From Octopus vulgaris (Eukaryota), in the NCBI GenBank assembly GCA_951406725.2, contig OX597826.1, positions 34,720,001-34,784,000 of the forward strand: 64,000 nt of DNA, in the 5' to 3' direction. The notes beneath the pieces are model-generated. The model saw nothing but the letters and a program-made list of their open reading frames with translations. It did no database searches and had not been told where the DNA came from. This document shows, in pieces, positions 14,991-28,475 of the stretch. Numbering within the stretch: the stretch's first letter is position 1; every line of letters starts with the position of its first letter. The position numbers and the translations under genes were made by a program.

Positions 14991-15816
14991 AATGTTCTGA
15001 GCCAGTCAATCGGGTGAGGAGCTCTAGATTTTTCTTGTACTCCACTATCTATTGTGATGTTCATATTACTTTTCATATTTAGTCCCCTCACCCCCGAAAT
15101 GCTATCTCATCTGTTACAGATTTACAATTTTTTTATTCTTCAATTTATCGCTCACTGTTCTCCGCTCCATATACAATTCCACATATTTATCCCATTTAGC
15201 TTTGACAAAAAACTAAACGAAATAAGTAACACAGACAACGTACAAACGCACAAACATATATAGACGATTGCGTCTTGTTGACCCAGCTGGTTTTAATCAA
15301 TATGGTACCCCCTTCTACGCACGATATAAAGGCTTAATTGATGCAGAAGAATAAAGAGTCAAACGGGAGAATTTTACACAACAACCAATAACGAACGAGA
15401 CATTTAACTTACCCGCGACCCACCACAATACACGCAGTCTTTCTTAGAATTTCAATATATTTTCTGTTTTACTTTTATTTCTTTTGTTAGAACGAGACTT
15501 GGGTGGTGCAAATGAAGACTCTGGTAATGATGGTGATGGTAATAGATTGTAGTCGCCTTGTTGTTGTTCTTGTTTTTCTCAGAATATTTGTGATTAAGCA
15601 GACATATGATCTGATACAATTCAACCATAACGATCCTCCACTATTTTGCTGACATAATATCTAATTTTGCAGACTACAATATCTAATGAATATTCCAATT
15701 CCTAAGAATGAGATGTTTCATTTAGAAAGTGACTTCCCTATGATTTCTAGCAACCTGTCTGACCACATGTGCATTTTCTTGGTTGCGGTAGTGGAGATAT
15801 AATTGTTAGCAAAAGT

Positions 15817-16090
15817 GAGTGGATGTGGTTAGGGGTAATCGCTCCACGATCGTAAGGCAGTGAGTTCGAATCCCGGTTGCGAGTTGTGTTCTTGAACAAG
15901 ACAGGTTATTTCACATTGCTCCACTTCACTCAGCAACAATGAGTTGTAAGGGCCGTTCTGTGTGGCGCTGAATCTCCCACAGAAATACGTTGAGGGGAAT
16001 GAGCGTCTGTGGATTGCCCAGCCCCTTTCGCGTTGATTTCGCGAGCAGGCTGTTCCGTTGATTGAATCAGCTGGAACACACACTGTCGCA
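15817..16090 (+). mobile_element. Old tRNA-headed SINE sharing its 3' body with family C
   Basis: B-box GAGTTCGAATCCC; 3' part TGTGTGGCGCTGAATCTCCC...GGCTGTTCCGTTGATTGAATCA aligns by eye with the reverse complement of 31309-31460. Confidence 0.7.
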
Positions 16091-16156
16091 GGTAAAGGGT
16101 CTAGTGGGAGTAGTGAGTGATTCCATGGCTTTGTAGAATTCCTCTGTGTTCATATA

Positions 16157-17032
16157 CGAGGTCTGATTAATTAGTATCCGAACTGTTACTATAGTAACGA
16201 CGCTAAAGTACGCAGAGTGAAGCTGCTAGGAACAGATTGATCCTGAACTTTGCGGTTCATGTTCACTAACTTTTAACGTTCTAACACACTTCTGATGCTT
16301 ACAGCAGTGCTTGGAAGAAAGATGTGTAGCGTGTGATCGTCGCATTGACCATAACGGAGAAAGTTATCAGAGGCCAACACAGAGTTGCAGAAAGTGTATG
16401 GAGAGGAGTGTATGAGACACAAATGTACGAGTGATTCAGACGTTTCCAAGATGGCTGAAAGAATGTCGATATTGACGAACGTTCTTGAAGACCAGCAACC
16501 AGCAGAACTGATAAAAGCATCGCAGATGTGCGTGCAACTGTGAAGGGAAATCGTCGAATCACCCTCCGTAAGTTATCAGAAGATGTACTGATTAGCTACG
16601 GTTCAATTCAGTCCATTATCACTGAAGATTTGGTTGTGAGACGCGTGTCTGCTAAGTTTGTGCCCAAACTACTTTCAGCTGACCAAAGAAGACACTCGAC
16701 TTTCAGTGACACAAGATCTCCTTGTTTGTGTCGAGAACGATGAAAACTTTTTGAAAACTTTGCATAGGCCACTAAGCAGGTTTCGCAAATCTTTTGTCAA
16801 AATTTCATGCAGATTCTCTGTTCAGCTTACTCTATTATGGTCAATGCGACGGTCACCCGCTACACGCCTTCCTTCCAAGCAATGCTGTAAACAGTGGAAG
16901 TGAGCTAGAACGTTAAAACTTAGTGTGCATGCACAACAGAGGTCAAGTTCAATCAGTATCAAACGGCTTTACACTGCATTCTTTGGCTTCGTTATTATAG
17001 CAACAGTCCTGATACTTAATGATCAGACCACG
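16157..17032 (+). mobile_element. Non-autonomous mariner derivative with ~200-bp inverted ends, TA target duplication
   Basis: TA|CGAGGTCTGAT ... ATCAGACCACG|TA. Internal decayed transposase N-terminus (FRRFQDG, NRRITLRKLS, ISYGSIQSII, SAKFVPKLL = WVPHEL-type motif). No catalytic domain. Confidence 0.88.
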
Positions 17033-17309
17033 TATGTGTTTACACGTACACAGATATAGATACGTAAGCACAAATACAGGAACACACATAAACACATTCA
17101 TGCATATATGTACATAAGAAATACATGGGTATGTGATTAAGGAACTCTCCTTCCAAACTCGAGGTTTCGGTTTCAACACTACTGCAGGATTACTTCGAGC
17201 AAGTGTATTTCAATATAGTCCACGGCCTTTCCCTCAGCGACAGAATTATTTATAAAAGCAAAATCTAGCACAACCATGGACGAATATAGGAATAGTGGGA
17301 TTGAATATG

Positions 17310-17374
<65 letters not shown>

Positions 17375-18400
17375 TGTGTGCGCTTCATGAATGCATACAT
17401 GAGTGTCCTAGTTTAAAAACAGTTTCTTTCGTCCTGAAGAAGACACTAGAAGCGAGTAGTAGAGTCTATTGGTGTAATTTCAAACGAGGTTAAGACTGTA
17501 ATGTTCTTTGCCATCTTATAAATAATAAAAAATGTGAGGAAGGAAGAAAGAAAATAAGCCAAATGACGTCTTACAATATTTTCTCCGCAGCAGCCATATT
17601 GGAAGGCTTTCTAATTTATATATTCAGTCTCAATACAGCGGACGATTATGAATATCGACTACAATGATATTACAATTTTTTCTTTCCTTATGTTTTTGTT
17701 GTCGTTATACCCTCAAATAGTGAAAAGTAAAAATAAGAAAAGAAAAAGAGAATCAAAACCAGTAAAAAAATATTGATAAAAGGAAAGCAACCGTTATTGG
17801 CATTCGTTAGATAACGTCTGTGACCATTCTATAATCATTATAGGTCGTAACAATTGATCTGCTTTTTCAATAAGTTTCTGTCATCTCCACTCCAATATTG
17901 CTGCACATTTTGCAGTTATTATTTTCAGACGTTCTCTGTACAAGGTAAGATGAAATGACTCTTCACCCTGTAAATTATGATCCATTGTATCAAATCATAG
18001 GAATTGCTGAACATTATTTTTATTTTCATATATTCATATATACACACATACATACATGCATATATATATATATATCTGAACTGAAGACAGGGCATGAGAG
18101 AAATACATACACATATACATAAAAGCACGCACACACACATACACAGACGCATATATGTATATATATAGGTACATATTTATATGCATATCCGCTGTCACTC
18201 TTTCTAATCCATCCGCAGACTTTGCATTATCAGGTGGCTTCTCATTTACAAGTGCTATTTTCTAAGTAGAGAATAGAAAATGGTAAAAACACTCATAACA
18301 AAGGTGTGATCGGTTGCAGACAGTACGTAACTGAAAGAGCTTTTATGTTACCCGCAAATGTTAAACTCCTTAAAGTAATAAAATTACGATTACGTACGTT

Positions 18401-18641
18401 CTCAAGCCCTAGAACACATGGGGCCTGTTACCCGTTTTCCATGGCGTATAAGTGACCGAGGGTGCAACACGCCCTAGTCTATCGTGAGACTAGTCAATCG
18501 CAGGGTTATTAATTTACAGCTTAATTGACTGCTGCAACACGAAATATTTTGCTGAAGGGCAGAATGAACCACCTGGCCCAGGAATCAAACCTACAATCTT
18601 GCGTTCATGAGTGCAACGCTCACGCCACAAGGCCACGCACC
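18401..18641 (-). mobile_element. Old tRNA-headed SINE (family D)
   Basis: Minus strand GGTGCGTGGCCTTGTGG (A box) ... GGTTTGATTCC (B box) ... AACCCTGCGATTGACTAG central motif, which from memory resembles conserved Meta/V-type SINE domains. Confidence 0.65.
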
Positions 18642-19284
18642 ATTATCCATTGAAAAACCATAGGATACTACCTGTTAAATTATGTTCTTCGTGTTATCAT
18701 GCTCAACTCAAACTTCATTTTGCAATTCTATGAACAGATACAATCCAGTTGCGACTGTTCTACCGTTATACCGATGATCACATTTTCTTATATGTAACAA
18801 TTTTAGTGACTTTGCTGTTATACATTAAAGAGGTAAGGCGAACACATCATTGTTTTTCCGTTCACGTTTCTTTCCAAAGAAACACAAACCAGGTTTTATT
18901 TAACTCATTATTAGAATGTCTATTTAATAATATTGATATCACGGATATTTTTCGAATTGTTCATTTTCCCGTCATCACCAGACTTCTTATTTCCAGATAA
19001 TTGCACAACCCCAGGCTGAATTAAAACTGGAGACAATAATTCAAACATAAAAATCACTAAGCCACTGGCATGTGTCTACTACTCTTTACTGATAGACACG
19101 AAGGTAAATATAAAGCATTTCCAAAAGAAGAGGCTCGTAAGACGTATTTTAGAAATAGAATCCGAGCACCCGCAAGAGCATGTATGATTCTTTAATTCCA
19201 CGTAATTGATGTTCAGCAAGAGAAAGACAATTCTCAATTCTGCTTAACAGTACGAAGACACAGCTTTTGCCTCTTCTCTCACTG

Positions 19285-19329
<45 letters not shown>

Positions 19330-19346
19330 ATATATATATATATATA

Positions 19347-21068
19347 CAGTTGCGGCCAAAATGTTCAGAACGGCATGGTTTTCGTCAGAAAAGTAGATAT
19401 AAGTTTTTATCAAAGTAGGTTTATATTCTATAATTTTCACAGAAAATAAATACCATATTATTTGTTATTGTTTGAGATTTCGGTGTAATTTGAGATTATG
19501 ATAAAAAAGTTATGGATGATTTCGTGATTTACTGCAAAACCCATGGCGGTCAAAATGATCAGAACGGTTGCTTTTACTCCATGTTTTTGTATATTTAACC
19601 GTCGAACTCTAATGTTTTGAATTTGTTTACGTGACAGTTCGTTTACTAAACATTAGTAAGAATACCTGCAGTGTACTTTGTTAATATAATGCCATTAACT
19701 CCGTTACCAATTCGTCAGCAGATTATTAAGCTTCGAAAGAAGAAGAATTTAAGTATTAGGTCTATTGCAAATATTGTTAACAAGTCAAAAAGTGTTGTTC
19801 GCTGTATTCTTAAGGTCTACGCTAGTTGTGGTTCGTGTGAAGCAAGAAAGTCTACAGGTAGGCCAAGAGAAACGACCAAGAGAGAAGATCATGCTATGGT
19901 AAAGTTGGTTAAAAAGGACAGATTTAAAACTGCTGCTGCTGTTTTTCAGGAAATGAGCATTGTACTGAAGAAAACGTTATCTCGAAAAACTGCGCCTCGT
20001 CCTTTAGTTGAACATGACCTACAAGCAAGAGCACCTGCAGTGAAACTACTGATCAGCTCCAAGAATAAAAAGTGTCTTCTTACCTTTGCAACCGAACATG
20101 TGTTGTGGTCTCAAGAAAAATGGCAAACGGTGCATTTCAGTGATGAATCTAAGTCTATGTTATTTGGCTCAGATGGGAAAAGGTACGTTCGTCGAAAAGC
20201 AGGTGAAAAATTGTCACCTAAATGCCTTAAGACTAGTGTTAAATTCGGTGGAGGAAGTGTCATGGTTTGGGGAATGATATCTGGAGATGGTGTGGGCCCT
20301 TTGCTGCGATTACATGGAAAGGTAAATGCAGGAGTTTATAAACAACTTGTAAAATATCATGTCTTGCCTGTGCTGAAAAATTCAACTAAGCGACCAACCA
20401 TATTCACGCAGGACAATGCCCCATGTCACAAGGCTAAGGTGGTCATGAACTTCCTCAAGGCTGAAAAGGTTATTGTCATGGATTGGCCTGCTCAAAGCCC
20501 ATACCTCAATCCTATTGAAAATGTGTGGAATATTCTAGGAGAAGGTTTTAAAGCCAGAAATCCTAAAACAACCGAGAAATTATGGAATGCCCTTCAGGAA
20601 TAATGGAATAAGATCACCCAGCAAGAAATTGAAAATTTAATTTCACCATGTAGTCAAAAATGTCAAACTTTGACTGAAGCTAAAGGGCTCCACACTAAAT
20701 ATGAAATAATTCCAGCATTCTCTGTAACTTTTTGATTATTTTGTTATTTTTTCAACCGTTCTGATCATTTTGGCCACCATGGGTTTTGCAATAAATCACT
20801 ATATCATCCATAACTTTTGTATTATCCACTCAAATTACACCAACATCTCAGACAATACCAATTAATATCGTATTTATTGTCTGTAAAATTATAGAATATA
20901 AAACAACTTTAATGAAAACTTATACCTACTTTTCTGACGAAAACAATGCCGTTCTGAAAATTTTGGCCACCATGGGTTTTGCAATAAATCACTATATCAT
21001 CCATAACTTTTGTATTATCCACTCAAATTACACCAACATCTCAGACAATACCAATTAATATCGTATTT
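19347..21068 (+). mobile_element. Tc1-family DNA transposon with IR/DR-type long TIRs, inserted in (TA)n; right end rearranged
   Basis: TA|CAGTTGCGGCCAAAATGTTCAGAACGG left end; inner DR GGTCAAAATGATCAGAACGG (~19548-19567); right TIR ~20753-20970 is the reverse complement; the terminal CAACTG|TA is missing. Confidence 0.92.
19689..20702 (+). pseudogene. Tc1 DD34E transposase with a premature stop at 20601-20603
   Basis: HTH with GRPR motif; FSDES, QDNAPCH, SPYLNPIE with exactly 34 residues between the second D and E. The frame continues after the TAA as WNKITQQEIENLI...AKGLHTKY, the usual Tc1 C-terminus. Confidence 0.93.
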
Positions 21069-21079
21069 TTCGTGTAGAC

Positions 21080-21182
21080 GTGAAACGCCAAAGACCTTTC
21101 CATTTATTCCGAACATCGAACTAACACACCTGATTGTTGTTTCTTCACCTGTCTTTGACTCGTGTTTTCTGTAAAATTGAGA
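21080..21182 (+). mobile_element. Short non-coding repeat, homologous (inverted) to 36819-36908; starts with a GAAACG hammerhead-like 3' half
   Basis: Shared AAAGAC...ACTA..ACACCTGATTGTTGTT...TGTAAA between the two loci. Confidence 0.55.
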
Positions 21183-21756
21183 CATGCATGTACGTCTCTT
21201 CTATCTATTGATTATTATAAATCTTTCCAACAAGGATACGAGGCTCCATCTTTGGGATGTAGTTAGCACAGACAAATTCCCATTTGGAATATGGGAAAAG
21301 TCTTACATATTTTTACTGTTCCACTCAGACATTTTACTTCTAATGACCGAATTAGCCGGTTGATTTCTCTTTTTGAAATTCTCAGTTTATCCAGATTTTC
21401 CTTTAAACATTTGCTAACAAGACCTAGTGCTCCAATTATTATTGGTGAGGATAGGAATTCATAGTTTGAATATAGAAGCTGGAGGTTCCGAGGTTATTGT
21501 CCATATATATCCTCTTTTCCTTTGATTTTCAAAGAAATATTTATATCTGACCTCTGTGGTGGTACATACCATTGCCCCTCTGTCCCAAACAACAATACTC
21601 GGCCTGTTATATTTACATTTGACACGTTTTGATGGGAATGTTCTACCACTATACCTTGAGTTCGTATATGTAAATGTATTTCATAACAGGCATTTTCTAA
21701 GTTTACTTCAGGACAGCCTTTTTGCGGGTGGCATTGTATGTATGTACGTATGTATT

Positions 21757-21790
<34 letters not shown>

Positions 21791-22597
21791 TGTATGTATG
21801 TATGTATGTATGTATGTATGTATATATGTATATATATATATATATATATATTGTTGCAACAATAATTGGTTACGTACAATAAATAAGATAAACAGACAAA
21901 AGTAAAATCAAGGTAACGAATTAACAAATCTCTTTATGAACCAACAATCAATACTCCTTGTGAACTAACCAACTGACACCTTCCGACTTCACTACACTCG
22001 AGTCCGAACTCTGAAATTTTGAACTCCCTCCGATCGTTACTGTTTATATTTGCTAGGACTAGTCTCCCTCGCAAAGCGGTGCCGTCACAAAATTTCCCTT
22101 TTTGAGATTTCAGAAAGTTAGATTTTCTTTTATTTTTGTTTTTCTTCTTTCCAGCATTTCTCCATCTTTTTTTTTTTTTTTTGCTGTTGTATTTTAATTG
22201 TTGCCCGACTTTTAGGTAGTATTATTCTTTACACACAGCAGTTTTTCTTTTCGTTGTACTCAACAGTTTATTTATTTATTTATTTATTTATTGAAAATTT
22301 AATATCATTTTCGCTTATATATTACTTCCACATATTCAGTCTCTTATCATTTTCTTAACCTAGTTCTACGGAGTTCAATATCTCTCAGTGCTGGCACTTC
22401 AAACATATCATCGAAGACTTCCATTGGTATTACACTTAGTTCTTCTGAATGTTTCATATATAACTGGTTAAGGTGTCTCTCATGTTCCGAACGCTGTCCT
22501 TTAATTAAATACACCATGTTACGTAATCTTTTGATTACACAGCCATCCTCCCAGCTTTCTTTACCATTTTCGTAATTTTAAAATGAACTTTATCTCC

Positions 22598-22994
22598 TCT
22601 TTTCTCTTTTCTCTTTTACATGTTTCAGTCATTTGACTGCGGCCATGCTGGAGCACCGCCTTTAATCGAGCAACTCGACCCCGGGACTTATTCTTTGTAA
22701 GCCCAGTACTTATTATATCGGTCTCTTTTTTGCCGAACCGCTAAGTGACGGGGACGTAAACACACCAGCATCGGTTGTCAAGCAATGCTAGGGGAACAAA
22801 CACAGACACACAAACAAACACATATATACATATATACGACAGGCTTCTTTCAGTTTCAGTCTACCAAATCCACTCACAAGGCATTGGTCGGCCCGGGGCT
22901 ATAGCAGAAGACACTTGCCCAAGATGCCACGCAGTGGGACTGAACCCGGAACCATGTGGTTGATTAGCAAGCTACTTACCACACAGCCACTCCT
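22598..22994 (-). mobile_element. SINE family A, near full-length, short internal microsatellite
   Basis: Reverse complement of the family A head, body and (AAAAGAG)n tail. Confidence 0.92.
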
Positions 22995-23298
22995 ACTTCG
23001 AAATGTTACGTAACATTTCTTGTATTGCTTTCAAATGTATTTTTTCTCTTTCCTTTATATGTATTTTTCCAGGAAATAATTTATCGAAGATCAATTTCAT
23101 TTTATGTGCGAACGTTAACTCTGCTGGTGACTTTCTTGAATTAGCATTTTGATTTGGCGTTATTCTATATACTCACAAATATTTCGTTGGTGCCTCGTCA
23201 TTATCTATCTCCTTCCTAGCTTTTTCTTAGAGCTCTTTTGAACGTGTCGACAAATATATACTATAGCCCGAGGCTATAGTATATATATATTTATATAC

Positions 23299-23348
<50 letters not shown>

Positions 23349-23375
23349 GTATGTGTGTGCGTGTGTGTGTGTGTA

Positions 23376-23408
<33 letters not shown>

Positions 23409-24387
23409 GCGTGTGTGTGTGTGTCTGTGTATTCTTCTTCAGATATCAATTTTCCTGTGTATTCCTACAAAACCATAATGCAATTTTGATAAATTTTAAT
23501 TAATATCTTAGCCTACTACATTTCTTATGAAAATGAATGTTAACTTTAGGAAGAAGTTGAGATTTGTAACGAGATATGTGCCTACCTACACTGTATTGCA
23601 AATTCCACCAAGCGAAAACGGTGTATGATAATCTTAGACACGACGTTACAAGCGAATCGAACTTAGATGCAACATCGAATCCAAATATCTTGAAAAGTGG
23701 TTACATATTTCATTCTTACTACTGCAAGAGTAGAAGGCGAATAAAAAGAAAAGTAACTTTCCCTCGTAATTCAACTGTAAATTGAAGCAGAATTGTATTG
23801 ATATTACTACGATAAGTTAGTCTTAAGTTGAAAATGTCAGCGAAACTTGAAAATATCTTCTTTGCAAGGTGAAGCAGTAAAAACCTAGGTGGCATTATTT
23901 CGATATGCTTATATGGATATATATATATATATAGAAATAGTTAGAGTATTGAAATGCAGACAGGATAATAAATATTTTCTGAATAAGATATTCCAGCTAG
24001 TGACAAGAGAGGGCCTCTGTATTCTGACAGTTCTAATAAAGCCGTCTACTAATGCAGCAGTTACAAGTTAGCCGCTTTCATCAGTTTACTAGATGAGAAC
24101 AATCGAACATAGTAACAAAGGCATGCTAGTTGTCTCCTTTTGCAGTTTCACATACAAATCCTACGTCGTTGCCATCGTCTTATGGAGCAGAAACTCGAGT
24201 AGCGACAAGCAAAGCTATAGGTGAGCACAAATAAAATCATCCCAGTGCATGGACTACTATTTCGCCTTCGATTTTACACCAAAGTACGTGTAATGAATAA
24301 ATACATGCATGAATAAATGCTTATCACTAATTGGCATAAACACAAGAATCTATTTCTATCTATCCATATCTCCATATACGTGTTTGT

Positions 24388-24466
<79 letters not shown>

Positions 24467-24468
<2 letters not shown>

Positions 24469-24507
24469 TTTCACCTCAGAGCTGCGGCCATGCTGATGCA
24501 CCGCCGT
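24467..24507 (-). mobile_element. 41-bp orphan retroposon 3' tail inside (TA)n
   Basis: Minus strand GGCGGTGCATCAGCATGGCCGCAGCTCTGAGGTGAAAC, related to but distinct from the SINE A 3' end. Confidence 0.7.
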
Positions 24508-24516
24508 TTATATATG

Positions 24517-24548
<32 letters not shown>

Positions 24549-25476
24549 CAAGAATACATACATAACACACACACGCACAAATTTATATAAAGGAAAAAGA
24601 GACACACACACAGAGCAGGGAGAGGGGAGAGGGAAGGAGAGACATATGGTATACGGATGGATAGCTAGATGAGCATATAAGATAGACAGGGTGCTGATAT
24701 ATGCGTAGATACACACCCGTCCACATACACACTCACACACATATACACACACACTCACGTACACATATGCTTACGTGTATATATTTATTTATACAAATAT
24801 ACAGGCATGCGAATATACATGTCCTCTTGCATGAAATGAAAGGAAAAAAGACATTACCATCTTAGATTTCATGATATATTATCGCTTTTTACCGAAGTCA
24901 AATAACGGGTATTTTTACCCACTCAAGAAAACGATATTGTGACAAAATAATTTATGGTTACTTATTCTACGCTTAACATCTAGATATTCTTCTCAGGTAT
25001 AGCATAGCTTCTTTAAAATATTCTTTCGACTTGCATTAAATGCCAAGCTAGGCAACAGTAATAATTTTTAAAACGGTTGTCACCATTGTTATATTCTGTT
25101 TATCCATCGTTCTACACATTCCGATATATTCATCATAAAGCTACATTGTGCTACATTGTATATAATAAACAGCTTCTCCTTAACAACCAAGTAATTTCTC
25201 TCGTATAATTCATCATACTTAACAATATCTGTGAGATACGTGAATAGCGAATGTTGTATTATTCATATCCTTTCACTAACTAAACATTTAGTTACATTCA
25301 AATGTTTATCTCAGAATTTGTATATGTACAGCTTAGCATCAATATCGTCAAGTAATTTTGTGTATATTAGTTACACTATAGAGTATAGAGCTACCTAATA
25401 ATTATTCATGCACACACACAACATAAGCATAAACATATATATTTATCTCATGTATAAATATATTTATATGTATATG

Positions 25477-25523
<47 letters not shown>

Positions 25524-25804
25524 ATATATATATATGCGTGTGTTTATATATATATGTTTATGTATATATATGTAAAGATGTATAAAAATACATATATATA
25601 CACAAATATATATTTATGTATGTATATATGTGTGTGTGTGTATTTATATATGTATATATGTATGCATGTATATATATATAAAGATGTATATAAATACATA
25701 CATATACACAAATACATTTTAATGTATGTGTATATATATATACATGCATACGTAACATATATCAAAATCAGGTAGTTTTGGTGAAGCATTGTGAGGAATA
25801 ACTT

Positions 25805-25863
25805 AGAAGAAGGTTGTTGTGTAAGGCCAGTTATGTTCCGGCCTTACACAACAGCCTTCTTCT
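25805..25863. repeat. 59-nt hairpin: 24-bp arms (23/24 match), 11-nt loop
   Basis: AGAAGAAGGTTGTTGTGTAAGGCC-AGTTATGTTCC-GGCCTTACACAACAGCCTTCTTCT. Confidence 0.95.
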
Positions 25864-27344
25864 GTATATTTTGAACTTGATTTAAGTGTGTGTGTATGTA
25901 GGCAATACAGTTTTATACATTCAGAGTTTTGAGATGTACCTGTGTAATAGCCTCATAAACTCTAAGCAATGTAAGTAGTGCCGCTACATGCCGTTTCGAT
26001 CTGATGAAAATGATAGCCAAATGTCCCTCAAATCACTTTTAGCTGTCTTAAATATGTTTCTGATCCATACTTGCAGTTTTAAGGATTTGCTCGAGAATAC
26101 CGGATGCTATTATTTCACTTTCCGCCGAAGGGAAAAAATGTAGATCAAACCACGGTGTGAATGGAATCAAAATCGTAGGGAGATCCAAAATATAACGCAA
26201 GTCATTTTTTCGATGCTCTAACGATTCCTCCAATTCTTCACCTGCCGCCGTTGTTAATCCTTTCTGCTATATGCATAAGGCATGAGATTTTAATGAGAAA
26301 GTGTTTGGTCGATTACGTGGTTCCCAGTTCTAAACTAATATTTCAGCGTCTCCGAATGAGTAGAAGACCAATCGAACTCAGCTGAATTTCAATATAAAGG
26401 CAGAAGAAATACTGCTATGTTCTATGATTGGCGTGCTGGTGATACTAAGAATTCGCCATGCCATCTGCTATCTTTATTAATGAAATGACTGATTAGATCA
26501 TTGAGGCATTAGTAACTTCCAAGTTAGAATGGTAGGGCCTGGTTGGAATATCTTTGAAGTTGCATTTAATCGATCGCTCAAATTTGATTCACAGTAAAGA
26601 ATAACTGACCCAGTTTTAAGAAGAATTACGAGCTGAGCGCCAACTGAACAAACAAGAACTATATCAGCACCAGTTACCAAATCAGATTAATCGAAAGGAA
26701 TGCATTCAAAGATATCAAACATAAAACGAAAAATTTTCGTGCTCTTATTGCTCTTATTCAAATCAAAAACTGTATTAAACTTTATCAGTCCCATCTTCGG
26801 GATGAGTAAAATATAGTTGTACATAATTATCGAATGGCGTTTCTTTTGGGAATTACATTTGCATCAATTTGGGACTTCCAGCTAATCAAAATAAATACTT
26901 TGTTTACTAGCTGACCAAGCCATCTACAGTACTTCTATCCATCAATTTCTCAATTTATGTGAATTATATATCTTTAGCATTTACTAAGATTATTATCAAG
27001 AGAATACATTTTGAATATTGGGGTTGTGGAATCAGTTGATAATACTCCCTCATATTTCACTAATGACAACGAGAAGTACAAATACAATGTTTACTTTATT
27101 GACTAAAAATAAAAGAAGTGGGGAAGGGACAAGAAGAGAAAAGGGAGAAGTACAAAGAGACAAACACAGATACCAATAACCTTCTTTTATATATAGATTA
27201 GAATATTTTTATACACATATATTTATGTATATACACATAAGTATGTATACTCATATAACAATGTACATTCATACATATATAGATATATACATACATTCAT
27301 ATATATATATTTATATATATATATATTTATGTATGTATATATAC

Positions 27345-27407
<63 letters not shown>

Positions 27408-27882
27408 TGCATATTTGAATTTCGTTAGTTTCATCCAGGAAATGAAAAGACATTTTTCATTTGTCTGTGAAAAAAAGAAATTAAGGCCAACAATTACCGA
27501 CACTAAAATCACAAAAAACATGAATAAAATTTGAACTGAGGCCAAGAATTCTTAAGTGTGACGGAATTGGAAATAATATTTGGATCAAGTGGATATATTA
27601 TTTCATTATGTCAGTCTCTCAGATTCCCGTCTGAGTTTTACAAGGAAGCGTTGCAATATTACACCATTTTCTCCATGTGCAACTCACAGATAAAACTCTC
27701 AAACTCGGTACATAGGATATATATCACAAACGTATATTGATCTTATATAGAGAATAATACATATGCAGTATTGATAAAAGCTTATTTATTACGTTGACAA
27801 AAATATTCTTCTGCTCTGATTAGTTGATGACATCTTACAAACGACACCAATATATATCTATAAAAGTCATCTGCACGCACAA

Positions 27883-27957
<75 letters not shown>

Positions 27958-28284
27958 TGCACACATATATACATTTACACACATATGCTTATGTGTTAAT
28001 TGAAAGACTATTAAGTTATCCAGATGGCTTCATCAGTCAAGCAGACCCCCACGATTACTTACTTATAAAGTGTATATGAGTCAGTAGTCGAAGGAAAATT
28101 TCTCACAGAATTAAAAATCAAGGAAAATCGCGTTAGTTACGTAGTAAAATATGACGAGTAAATGATTGGAAGGGGTACTATCACATTCATATATGAGCTT
28201 CAAGTATGCATAGATCACACAAATCATAAAACAAGCTGGAAAACATAATATAAATAGTGATAATCTAATAGTAGTTCATATTAC

Positions 28285-28475
28285 GGCGGTGAACTGGCAG
28301 AATCGTTAGACGTCGCGTAAAAAGCTTAGCTGCCTTTCGTCCATCTTTATGGTTCTGACTTCAGACGATTTTCGGGGTCGATAAAATAAGTACCATTTGA
28401 GCACTGGGATTGATGTGACCAACTTAACCCCTCCACCAAAATTTCTGGCCTTGTACAAAAATTTGATATCAATAT
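28285..28475 (+). mobile_element. SINE family B variant with TSD
   Basis: Head GGCGGTGAACTGGCAGAATCGTTAG; core TTTCGGGGTCGATAAAATAAGTACC; flanking repeat TCATATTAC at 28276-28284 and 28480-28488. Confidence 0.8.

Noticed and set aside
17929-17944. Plus-strand 16-nt AG...GT micro-exon candidate (also ~49428-49499)
   Set aside because: The first is not frame-preserving and the second has stops in all three frames; such signals are expected by chance.
24020-24085. Additional CTGATGA-containing hammerhead-like strings (also 9458, 26000, 34251)
   Set aside because: The GAAA half or the stems are too degenerate to distinguish from chance.
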